Part shown: one piece after another, positions 47,730 to 56,434 of the stretch
Numbering within the stretch: the stretch's first letter is position 1
Layout of the letters: the number at the start of each line of letters is the position of its first letter
Origin: an uncultured Chloroflexia bacterium
GTDB lineage: Bacteria; Chloroflexota; Anaerolineae; Anaerolineales; Anaerolineaceae
DNA: 64,000 nt
Assembly: GCA_963743005.1 (NCBI GenBank)
Contig: CAVUNY010000006.1
Coordinates: 109,976 to 173,975 of the forward strand
Direction: 5' to 3'
Translations under genes and position numbers: made by a program
Notes under the pieces: generated by a model
What the model was told of the DNA's origin: nothing
The model's input: the letters and a program-made list of their open reading frames with translations, nothing else
Databases searched by the model: none

Positions 47730-48566
47730 ATGGAATTAAAAGAGATCTATTACGATGCCGGGGGCATACGTTTGCACGGTTTGGAAGGCCCGGCAGCCGG
47801 CCCGGCTCTGGTGCTGCTGCACGGAGCCCTTTCCAACGGCCACGGCTGGTCCAGCGTGCTCCCGCAGCTGGCAGAACGCTGGCATGTCTACAGCTTTGAT
47901 CTGCGCGGGCACGGCCTGTCCGGACGGCCTGCCGACCTGGAAGGCTACAATCTGCTCTATCATGTCGCCGACACCGTCGCACTGCTGCGGGATGTGGTGC
48001 GCGAGCCGGCCGTGCTGATGGGCCATTCCTACGGTGCGGTCATCGCGGCGCTGGCAGGGATGCCGGCCGCGCCATGGCTGCGCGGGTTGGTGCTGGAAGA
48101 CCCGCCCATGATGCTGCGCCGCGACAACCAGGAAAGCAAAAGCTACCTCGATTTTTTCAAGATGGTGTATGCGCTGCGCCAGACTGCACAGACCGTCGAC
48201 GAAATCATGGCGGTGCTGGCCGAACGGGACCCGGCTGTCCCAAAGGAATCCCTGCGGCCCTTCGCCCAGAGCCTGGCCTGGGTGGATCCCAATTACATCA
48301 CCGCCATCACCTGGGGCAACGAGCGCGAGACGGCGCGCGGCGTGGATTTTGACGCCCACCTGCGCGGGATTGCCTGCCCGGTGCTGCTCATGCAGGCCGA
48401 CCTGGCGTTAAACGCTGCCCTGGTGCCGCAAGACGTGGAATTTTTCATGGCGCAGGCGCGCAATACCCGCCTGGTCACCTTCCCCGGCTCGGGCCACGGG
48501 ATCCATAATGACCAGCCGGCCGAGTTTTTACGGGTGTTTGACGAATTTACCGATGGATTGTCATAA
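47730..48566 (+). CDS. Alpha/beta hydrolase.
   Basis: The protein has an HGALSNGHGW oxyanion region and a GHSYGA nucleophile elbow. Confidence 0.75.
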   Translation: MELKEIYYDAGGIRLHGLEGPAAGPALVLLHGALSNGHGWSSVLPQLAERWHVYSFDLRGHGLSGRPADLEGYNLLYHVADTVALLRDVVREPAVLMGHSYGAVIAALAGMPAAPWLRGLVLEDPPMMLRRDNQESKSYLDFFKMVYALRQTAQTVDEIMAVLAERDPAVPKESLRPFAQSLAWVDPNYITAITWGNERETARGVDFDAHLRGIACPVLLMQADLALNAALVPQDVEFFMAQARNTRLVTFPGSGHGIHNDQPAEFLRVFDEFTDGLS

Positions 48567-48848
48567 AGCCAGACTACCTGGTCAGCTTTAATTTCATTAT
48601 TGGCTTTAACCGGAACCTAAAGCAAAAGCACTGGCCTTCACGATAGGCCGCGGCGGCAAACTGTCCGGTGGATAATGAAATTCTCCCCAGAAGATGATAG
48701 GTCACACCACATCCCTGGATGCACCCGGCGCCGGGGCCAATCGCATAACTCAGTTTATACGACGCTAATCGAATCTTTATATACAGAAAAGTCGCGGATT
48801 TTATAAAATTACCCCCTTAAAACTGCATCGCGTAATAATAAAACATTT

Positions 48849-50297
48849 TCACATTGGCAAAGAACCGACAGCCAATTTAATATTTTCGACAACTGCACCA
48901 ACATCTGAGGTCATAGGAACCGCAGTAAGAACAATTTCTATATTGCGCCCATTCGCAGGCAATGAGGCGTGCTGATAAAGCCTTCCGCGACGCTTAAGCG
49001 ATTCCCAAGTCTGGTTCTGACAGGGGTAAATGAGACAAGCAACAACCCGTTGAGATGAATTCAAAGACGAATATGCTAAAACTTGCAGCAAATCCTGTCG
49101 GTGCTGTTCTTGGATTTCCTTCTCGATTTGTCCCCAATTGGTTGAATTAAATTCTTCCCAATGGCGTTTATATTTGGCGTCAAAAATAATGGTTACATCA
49201 TCACGCTCTAAAATTACATCGGGTAAAAGATATTTTTGCGTTCCAATAAAGGGGTTGTCCCAATGGATCGGAGTAAGAGTTTCTCTCTTTCTGCCCGTTC
49301 GTAAAACACCCCCTGTGTCTCTGGCTAAACGGGTAACCAATGTTTCAACCCATGCTTCAAAAAATGTATCCATCGGAAGAACCCAAGGCAACCCTTGCAA
49401 ATCTGCCAATCCTGCTAATCCACGGTCTTCTACTGTCCATTCAACTGCTTGAATCCCTTCACGAAAAGCTTCAATTCTCATTGAGCCAGTTAACCAAGCC
49501 TGAAGCATCTCGGAAGACGGCCTTTGCGGAGGGACAGCGGCCACATGCCTGATCAAAGATTGGCAAAAATCTATTAAAGAAAGTACAGCTCCGGTTAAAT
49601 TGCGCTGACTTTCCAGTCCAGCTAATAGTTTCCGCAAAGTAAAATGTACGGCGGCTCTTAGCGTGCGATCATCCCGCAAATCGGGATATTGACATGATAT
49701 TTGCAGAAATTGAGCATTCGGGATTTTCCTTGTTGCGTAATCAGACCAATCCACTGTACCCTTTGGCGCTGGTTGAATGGTTTGAATTAACTCAAACCGC
49801 CGTTCTAATTGATCCAGTAATGTGCGAACACGGATCAGGACAATGGATGAAAGAACCCAGGGGGGAACTTTTCTTTCGGTACCGGGGATTAAGGGTAATT
49901 TCAAAAGAGTGGGCGTAATCCGCCAGCCCATTTGCGCCAACATACTTCCTATTCCTGCCCATTCAAAGCGTGGTTTTATCACCATACCATATTCTGGTCT
50001 ACCGCTGGTAGGTGCAAGTAATGGAAATGCCCCGGCCTTAATTCCAGTTTTTAGCACTAACCAAATATTTTGGCCATCGTAATCCTGTGAAGCCTGAACA
50101 TCAAAGTTGTTTAGAATTCCCCTATTTTGGTCAATAAATTGATTCGCAAGTCTGGCTGCCATAGCTTGCGGATCACGTGGCAAATCACCGCGGATAAAAC
50201 GCGTTGCATTTAACCTTTGCTCACCCGAATCGACGCATTCAAAGATTAGTGGGTTGGTCTTTATTAGAATTGGAGAGGTTAAAGACTTTTTAGCCAT
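48849..50297 (-). CDS. mcrC: McrC-like nuclease subunit of a type IV (modification-dependent) restriction system.
   Basis: A C-terminal PD-(D/E)xK is present (PDVILERDDVTIIFDAKYK). It is paired and overlapping with the McrB-like gene in a low-GC region. Confidence 0.7.
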   Translation of the reverse strand: MAKKSLTSPILIKTNPLIFECVDSGEQRLNATRFIRGDLPRDPQAMAARLANQFIDQNRGILNNFDVQASQDYDGQNIWLVLKTGIKAGAFPLLAPTSGRPEYGMVIKPRFEWAGIGSMLAQMGWRITPTLLKLPLIPGTERKVPPWVLSSIVLIRVRTLLDQLERRFELIQTIQPAPKGTVDWSDYATRKIPNAQFLQISCQYPDLRDDRTLRAAVHFTLRKLLAGLESQRNLTGAVLSLIDFCQSLIRHVAAVPPQRPSSEMLQAWLTGSMRIEAFREGIQAVEWTVEDRGLAGLADLQGLPWVLPMDTFFEAWVETLVTRLARDTGGVLRTGRKRETLTPIHWDNPFIGTQKYLLPDVILERDDVTIIFDAKYKRHWEEFNSTNWGQIEKEIQEQHRQDLLQVLAYSSLNSSQRVVACLIYPCQNQTWESLKRRGRLYQHASLPANGRNIEIVLTAVPMTSDVGAVVENIKLAVGSLPM

Positions 50298-51745
50298 TGC
50301 ATATAAGCGAGGATATGTTCTGAAAATCCCGACACATACCCCTGGGCCAAATATTCTTCCAGAAGAGGATACAAGGTTGTTTGCAAAACCTGGATTGCAC
50401 GGTCTTGGTCTTTTTCGAGAAAATACGCATGACCCGGCATTAAATTGAGGGCATCATCACTGGCGTATTCAATAAATATCGACAAAAGTTCTTGAAATGC
50501 TTGCTGCATTAAAGAACACGCGAGTCTTTGAACTACCTCTGTTTGGGGCCATAGTTTTATAAAAGCAAACCGTCTTCGAATCGCAACATCCAAGATGGCA
50601 ATGCTGCGGTCTGAACTATTCATGGTTCCCAGAATGTGGAGATTGGTAGGAAGCCAAAGTTCACTACCAATCGGATCGTTAAAATCATGAGCGAGGCTCA
50701 CTTGCCGCTTTCCGTTATCTTGCGCTTCAAAAAGAAAGATGGCTTCGCCAAGTACCTTTGCTAGATCTGCTCGATTGATTTCATCAATATGTAAGAGATA
50801 GTCTTTTTGAGGTTCCTTCAACGCTTCAACGACTGCTTCAAGCAAATAACCGCGTTTCGGCTTAAAACTAAAACCCAAACCACTGCTGGATTCGGTGGGC
50901 GATAATCCACCAACAAAATTTTCATAGGTTGTGTTCGGGTGAAATTGGATCGATTTGCCATTCCCCTGATATCGTTTGGCCAACAGGTCAAGCGCCAGCA
51001 TGGTTTTACCAGTCCCAGGGGGACCCTCCAAAACCACATATCGGCGGTTCTTTAAGATCGTTTCGATTTCAATTCTTGAAGTACCTGGCAAGAGTGATTC
51101 AAAATATTTACTCCGAATCTGTTCGGCTTCTTTCTCAAAACGAGATAATGGCATAAATCCACGTTCAGAAAACATGAGATCCAGGAAAGCGGGAACCGCT
51201 TTGAGAGTCGCATCTGGATGATCCACTGGAGGGCAAAAAATACCATATAGAACCTTACCGTACCGGGAAAATACTGACTGATAAGGAGCAAAGTTGCGTT
51301 TTACGTGTTCTGGCATGTCAAGATCAACTCGGGCAGGGTCCTGTTTTGCCCAGGCTACCAGTTTCCCTTTACCATATTCTTTGTTTAGCCAATTACAGAT
51401 CGCTGCAGTTTTTCGTGCATGACCTGGACGGCTCAAAATATTTTCGTCAGGGCTCAATCCTTGTGTCCCAATGACCATTGCAACCAGACAGGGTGCTCCC
51501 TCAACAGGAAAAATAACAAAGCTCATTCCACCATACGCACCTGAGTCGGGATTGGCTGGGTGAATATAAGCCGCAAAACTGACTCCATCTCCTGTGGACA
51601 TTTTCGGAGCCCTGAGTTTAACAAACTCTTTTGCTCGACTGGGATAACGTCCATCCTGAGTTCCAAACAATTCTTCGAAAGCTTGCTGGTTACTTCCTGT
51701 CCAATCCAAAGGGGAAGATTGAATAATTTCAATTAGTTTCTTCAT
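50279..51745 (-). CDS. mcrB: McrB-family AAA+ GTPase subunit with an unassigned roughly 190 aa N-terminal domain.
   Basis: Walker A LEGPPGTGKT, Walker B LLHIDEINRAD, and the McrB-signature MNSSDRSIAILDVAIRRRF are present. The N-terminal domain was not recognised. Confidence 0.8.
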   Translation of the reverse strand: MKKLIEIIQSSPLDWTGSNQQAFEELFGTQDGRYPSRAKEFVKLRAPKMSTGDGVSFAAYIHPANPDSGAYGGMSFVIFPVEGAPCLVAMVIGTQGLSPDENILSRPGHARKTAAICNWLNKEYGKGKLVAWAKQDPARVDLDMPEHVKRNFAPYQSVFSRYGKVLYGIFCPPVDHPDATLKAVPAFLDLMFSERGFMPLSRFEKEAEQIRSKYFESLLPGTSRIEIETILKNRRYVVLEGPPGTGKTMLALDLLAKRYQGNGKSIQFHPNTTYENFVGGLSPTESSSGLGFSFKPKRGYLLEAVVEALKEPQKDYLLHIDEINRADLAKVLGEAIFLFEAQDNGKRQVSLAHDFNDPIGSELWLPTNLHILGTMNSSDRSIAILDVAIRRRFAFIKLWPQTEVVQRLACSLMQQAFQELLSIFIEYASDDALNLMPGHAYFLEKDQDRAIQVLQTTLYPLLEEYLAQGYVSGFSEHILAYMQWLKSL

Positions 51746-51975
51746 TGACCTTTTCCTTTAGTTGGTTTTCTTTTGGCATCAAGAGTTTTAGGGTTTTCGT
51801 TACACCCACGTCCGATTAACTATACCCTGAATATAGAGATACATTGTAAGGCGACGAGTGCGAAGCGATTGTTCGGAATAACCCCTCATCATTCCTCAAT
51901 TATCACCTGTGGGGGACACCCTGTATTATAGTAAAGCCTTCGCGGGCTCATTCACGCTCAGCAGGAGGTACGGGT

Positions 51976-52446
51976 ATGGCGACTCTGCATTTGATGGTGG
52001 GACTGCCCTGTTCGGGGAAAACAACCCTGGCGCGCAGGCTTGAGATCGAGCGCGCGGCGCTGCGCCTGACGCCGGATGAATGGCAGCTGCGCCTCTTCGG
52101 CCAGGACGCGGAGGCGCCGGAACATGACACCCGGCACAGCATGATCGAAGCCATGCTGTGGGATATCGCCGCCCGGGCGCTGGTTTTGGGCACGAACGTG
52201 ATCCTGGATTACGGCTTCTGGGCGCGCGAAGAGCGCGAAGACTTCCGCTCGCGGGCGCGGGAACTGGGCGCGAGCAGCGAAATCCATTTTCTGGATACGC
52301 CGGAAGATGAGCTGCTGCTGCGGCTCGCGGCGCGCAATGCACAGCCGGAGCCGGGAGCTTTTCATATCCCCGCGGAGAGCATGCTGCCCTGGATCGCGTT
52401 TTTCCAGCGGCCGGGGCCGGATGAACTGGGGCGCAGAGAGGTTTGA
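51976..52446 (+). CDS. P-loop NTPase (AAA_33/zeta-toxin-like predicted kinase).
   Basis: The P-loop is GLPCSGKTTLARRL; the protein is 156 aa. Confidence 0.6.
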   Translation: MATLHLMVGLPCSGKTTLARRLEIERAALRLTPDEWQLRLFGQDAEAPEHDTRHSMIEAMLWDIAARALVLGTNVILDYGFWAREEREDFRSRARELGASSEIHFLDTPEDELLLRLAARNAQPEPGAFHIPAESMLPWIAFFQRPGPDELGRREV

Positions 52447-52500
52447 ACCGGTCTGGCGGCGATGATATAAATGGTGCGCGGAGCTCACCCTACCAGACTG

Positions 52501-52571
52501 CTGGCGGTCGTGGATTCGAACCACGCTTAAGAGGTCCAAGGCCTCTTGTCCTGCCGCTAGACCAACCGCCA
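52501..52571 (-). tRNA. tRNA-Gln (anticodon UUG), U1:A72. The anticodon loop reads CCUUGGA, so position 33 is C.
   Basis: Manual fold: acceptor UGGCGGU/ACCGCCA, T-arm CGUGG-UUCGAAU-CCACG, anticodon stem AGAGG/CCUCU. Confidence 0.7.
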
Positions 52572-52589
52572 ATATGGAACAATTTCGAG

Positions 52590-52660
52590 CTGGCGGTCGT
52601 GGATTCGAACCACGATTACAAAGTCCAGAGCTTCGTGTCCTGCCGTTAGACCAACCGCCA
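52590..52660 (-). tRNA. tRNA-Gln (anticodon CUG), U1:A72; anticodon loop CUCUGGA.
   Basis: It has the same body as the neighbouring tRNA-Gln, differing in the anticodon stem-loop and variable region. Confidence 0.75.
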
Positions 52661-52895
52661 ATAAAAAAACGGGATGCCTGATGGGCATCCCGGATGAGGT
52701 GTGTGAAAAAGAGCCTTTTGCGCTCTAACTTCCAGACAGCTCAACCTGCCCACAACCGGTGCCGGTTTGGGTGCGCTGAGACTGCTGCTGGAAGAAGGTA
52801 TTCATGATCAATATTTTAGGCCATTATTGGTTTTTGTCAATCCCATTTCTGACAAAATACCACACCCGATGAGCATGGTAATTTATTCCCCGGGG

Positions 52896-52919
52896 AAAAA
52901 AAGGTGCGCGGTGCGCACC
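52896..52919 (-). terminator. Rho-independent terminator of the AhpD-like gene: hairpin GGUGCGC-cg-GUGCGCACC followed by U7 on the minus strand.
   Basis: It reads as a minus-strand hairpin followed by a TTTTTTT run. Confidence 0.65.
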
Positions 52920-52953
52920 CAAAATTACCAGGTCTTAAAGGCCGCGCGGCCGT

Positions 52954-53538
52954 TCAGCCTGTTTTCTGCCAGTCCTTCAGGTAGGCCCACAGCTCTAGTT
53001 CCTGCTGCTGGAGCTCCAGGTCGGGGGGAACGCCCAACGAGTCGAAGAAGCGGCTGATGAAGTTGCGGGCGACGGCTGTCAGCGCCACGTCCGTGATCTG
53101 TTGGGGGCTCAGCCCATCCTGGCGCAGCTGGTCGAGATCCGCCGGGGCAACCCCGCCAGGTTCGCCGCTGATCTTGCTGGCATAGTCCATCATGTGCACT
53201 TCCACGGAGCTGAGGCCGGCCTGGTGGTAATCCGCGAGGATGGCGATGATTTGTTGGGCGGTAAAGCCATTTTTACGGAGCACCGCTCCGTGAGCCAGCA
53301 TTCAGTACACGCAGCCGATCGCCCGGGATGCGGCCAGGGTCACCAATTCGAAGTCGCGCAGGCGCTGGTGTGAGCGGATCGTCTTGAGCATCTGGCGGAA
53401 AGGACCCGCCAGCTCGGGCCGGTAGCTCCAAACACGGCTGATATTGCTGATGTAGCCGACTTTTTCCAGATCCTGGTCGTACAGTTCGCACAGTACTCCC
53501 TCTGCATTTTCGTCAGAAACCGGTGGAACGTACCACAT
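52954..53538 (-). CDS. Candidate selenoprotein: AhpD/carboxymuconolactone-decarboxylase-family peroxidase-like protein with an in-frame UGA (Sec) at 53302-53304, replacing the second Cys of the CxxCxxxH motif.
   Basis: Two adjacent same-frame ORFs (78 aa and 115 aa) are separated only by TGA. The junction reads …AIGCVY-[TGA]-MLAHG…, which is C-V-Y-U-M-L-A-H against the AhpD catalytic C-x-x-C-x-x-x-H. The ATG immediately follows the TGA, and a SECIS-like hairpin starts 11 nt downstream. Confidence 0.6.
53275..53291 (-). promoter_or_regulatory. SECIS-like stem-loop (mRNA ACGGAG-CGGUG-CUCCGU) 11 nt 3' of the in-frame UGA.
   Basis: The hairpin is read on the minus strand and has a GG-containing apical loop. 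Its position relative to the UGA matches the E. coli fdhF SECIS. Confidence 0.5.
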
Positions 53539-53664
53539 AACCGACCTCCCGCACGAAATTATTTTGTAATATGATCAATTTTATCATCATCTCGGTCGGC
53601 AGTCCAATCCGCGATGGTGAAAACGGAGTGCGTTGGGAAACGTCTCTTGCTGCCAGCGGATATA

Positions 53665-54131
53665 ATTGGGTGATGGAAACCATCATCGTGCAGCCCTTCT
53701 GCCCCGCCGACCAGGCTGAGGTCAAAAGCCTGATCCTGGCCGGGCTGGTCGATCATTGGGGGGTGCTCGACCCGACCAAAAACCCGGACCTGGTGGATAT
53801 CGCCGCCGCCTATGCCGGGGCGACTTTCCTGGTAGCCCGCCTGGCGGGGCGCATTGTCGCCACGGGCACGCTGGTGCCGCGCGGGGAGGGCGCGGCGGAG
53901 ATCGTGCGCATGTCGGTGGCCCGCGACCTGCGCCGCCGCGGCCTGGGGGGCAGCATCCTCACCCGTCTGATGGACCAGGCTCGCCGCGATGGCCTGCGCC
54001 AGGTGGTGCTCGAGACCACCGACACCTGGCAGGAGGTGATCGCCTTCTACCTGGATTTCGGTTTTCATATCACCCATTATGCCAACGGGGACGTGTACTT
54101 TGCCCTGGATTTAATCAGTGGGTCAAAATAA
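53665..54131 (+). CDS. GNAT family N-acetyltransferase.
   Basis: The acetyl-CoA-binding motif is VARDLRRRGLGGSIL. Confidence 0.75.
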
Positions 54132-54168
54132 AGTAGGCCCACTGATTAAATCCAAACCCCACCCCCAG

Positions 54169-54207
54169 CCCCTCCCCAAATTCTTGGGGAGGGGAGATTT
54201 ATTTATC
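54169..54207 (+). terminator. Rho-independent terminator (CCCCTCCCCAA-attc-TTGGGGAGGGG followed by AGATTTATTTAT). It is the second of three consecutive hairpins after the GNAT gene.
   Basis: An 11 bp GC-rich stem is followed by a T-rich tail. Confidence 0.65.
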
Positions 54208-54408
54208 ATAGGTTTTGGGCCGGTTTCACTGGCCCAAAACCTACGTGGCAAGGTATTTTCGCCCCATGAGGGCGCGGGCCGGTTGACACGCGGACAGAGG
54301 ACCACCGACCGGCTGAAATACTGATCGCTGACCGGCAAATTCCTTCTATTTTTGATCTATTAACTCTATATTAAGACATCTCACCCGCCATTATGTTATA
54401 CTTTTCTC

Positions 54409-56037
54409 ATGCAGACTGAGAAATGGCTCACTTCGATGGTGGATACCCCTGAAAAATTGGGGATTGCGCGGCAAATCCTGGACGAGATCCGCAGCGGGGT
54501 GGATGTTTTTGTGGCCACGCGCCATTACCCCCTGGAAGGCGGCGGGTTTGTGCCCAAACATACCCTGGTGGCGGTGTATCACCGCCTGGTGGAGAGCGGC
54601 GATTGGGCCAGCGACCCGGCGATGCTCTCCCGCATCCGCATGAAGCCGGTGCGTTCGCTCTCCGGCGTGACCACGGTCACGGTGTTAACCAAGCCCTATC
54701 CCTGCCCGGGTCGCTGCATTTTCTGTCCCGACGATACGCGCATGCCAAAGAGCTACCTGCCGGATGAACCCGGCGCCATGCGCGGCGTGCAGAACGGTTT
54801 TGACCCGTTCCTGCAGGTCTCCACGCGCCTCACCTCTTATGAAGCCGTGGGCCATCCCACCGAAAAAATCGAGCTGCTCATCCTGGGCGGTACCTGGTCG
54901 GCTTACCGCCGCGACTACCAGGAGGAATTCGTCAAACGCTGTTTTGACGCCCTCAACGGGCGGACGGCGGCCAACCTGCGCGAAGCGCAGCTGTGGAACG
55001 AGGACACTCCCCACCGCAACGTGGGCCTGGCAATCGAGACCCGCCCGGATGAAATTACCCCGGCCGAGCTGGCCTGGCTGCGCCGCCTGGGGGTGACCAA
55101 GGTGCAAATGGGGGCGCAGAGCCTCGATCCACGCATTCTGGCGCTGAACCAGCGCGGGCATACCGTGCTGGAGACCCAGGAAGCCTGCGCCCTGCTGCGC
55201 GCCGCCGGTTTTAAAACCGTGCTGCACTGGATGCCCAACCTGCTGGGCGCCACGCTCGACTCGGACCGTGAGGATTTTACCCGGCTGTGGAAGGAATATT
55301 CGACCGGGCTGGGGCTGTGCCCGGACGAGATTAAAATCTACCCCACCCAGCTGCTGAAAGACACCGAATTGTATGAATGGTGGCGGCGCGGCGAATATAC
55401 GCCCTATACCACTGAAGAATTAACCAACCTGATCGCGGATATCAAACCGGGGATCCCCGAATACTGCCGGGTCAACCGCGTGATCCGCGACATTCCCTCC
55501 CCGCACGTTGTGGAAGGCAACCGCCGCACCAGCCTGCGCATGGATGTGCTCGCCGAGCTTGACCGCCGCGGCCAGCACTGCCGCTGCATCCGCTGCCGCG
55601 AGATCCGCCAGCGCAAGGTCAACCCGCGCTCGCTAGAACTGCGCGACCTGGTGTACCACGCCGCAGCCGCGGAGGAGCATTTCCTGTCTTACGTGAACAA
55701 TGAAGACCGCCTGGCCGGCTACCTGCGCCTTTCCCTGCCGGAACACCCGGTGGGAACAGAGGGTTCGCTGCTGCCGCTGCCGATGTTTGCCGACCTGGAA
55801 GGGGCGGCCCTGGTGCGCGAAGTGCATGTATACGGGCAGTCGCTGCCGGTAGGCGCGGAAGAGGCCGGAGCCGCGCAGCATTCCGGGCTGGGCAAGCAGC
55901 TGCTCGAAAGAGCGGCCCAGACCGCCAGGAATGCCGGCTTTCGCAAGCTGGCGGTGATTGCCGCGGTGGGCACGCGCCAATATTATGGAAAGCGGGGTTT
56001 CAAACAGGGCGAGCTGTATATGGTGAAGGCTATCTGA
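54409..56037 (+). CDS. elp3: Elp3-family radical SAM / GNAT protein (tRNA wobble uridine carboxymethyl modification; archaeal/eukaryotic Elongator-3 homolog).
   Basis: A radical-SAM CPGRCIFC is present. ELLILGGTWSAY matches Elp3 EFIVMGGTFMAL, and the C-terminal GNAT …VIAAVGTRQYYGKRGF matches Elp3 VISGVGTRNYYRKIGY. Confidence 0.8.
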   Translation: MQTEKWLTSMVDTPEKLGIARQILDEIRSGVDVFVATRHYPLEGGGFVPKHTLVAVYHRLVESGDWASDPAMLSRIRMKPVRSLSGVTTVTVLTKPYPCPGRCIFCPDDTRMPKSYLPDEPGAMRGVQNGFDPFLQVSTRLTSYEAVGHPTEKIELLILGGTWSAYRRDYQEEFVKRCFDALNGRTAANLREAQLWNEDTPHRNVGLAIETRPDEITPAELAWLRRLGVTKVQMGAQSLDPRILALNQRGHTVLETQEACALLRAAGFKTVLHWMPNLLGATLDSDREDFTRLWKEYSTGLGLCPDEIKIYPTQLLKDTELYEWWRRGEYTPYTTEELTNLIADIKPGIPEYCRVNRVIRDIPSPHVVEGNRRTSLRMDVLAELDRRGQHCRCIRCREIRQRKVNPRSLELRDLVYHAAAAEEHFLSYVNNEDRLAGYLRLSLPEHPVGTEGSLLPLPMFADLEGAALVREVHVYGQSLPVGAEEAGAAQHSGLGKQLLERAAQTARNAGFRKLAVIAAVGTRQYYGKRGFKQGELYMVKAI

Positions 56038-56054
56038 TTGCGATAAAAACTCTT

Positions 56055-56372
56055 CTATTCTAAATAGAACACCTCTTTGAGCTCGACGCTGACCGGGCTG
56101 TTATCGGGGTTGGCGGGCATCACCTCTTTCATGTACGCCCACCAGCGCTGGCAGACCGGCGTCTGGGCCACGGCGTCCCAGCGCGCCTGGTCTTCGATCT
56201 CGACATAGGCAAACAGGGTGTTGGTCTCGGCGTCCAGGAAGATTGAGTAGTGGTGCGCGCCGTGCGATTTGAGCACCTCTTCCAATTCTGTCCAGATCGG
56301 GTTATGGCGCCGCTGGTATTCGGCGTGCATCTCAGGGTTGACATACATCTTAAAAGCTTTGCGGATCATCAT
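56055..56372 (-). CDS. rhaM: L-rhamnose mutarotase (RhaM/YiiL family).
   Basis: The 105 aa protein has [40 protein letters not shown], which is typical. Confidence 0.8.
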   Translation of the reverse strand: MMIRKAFKMYVNPEMHAEYQRRHNPIWTELEEVLKSHGAHHYSIFLDAETNTLFAYVEIEDQARWDAVAQTPVCQRWWAYMKEVMPANPDNSPVSVELKEVFYLE

Positions 56373-56434
56373 TATGCTCCTGGTTTAAATATTTTTTAGG
56401 ATCGCCGCGCAGCGACAGCCATTCCAGCAATTGG

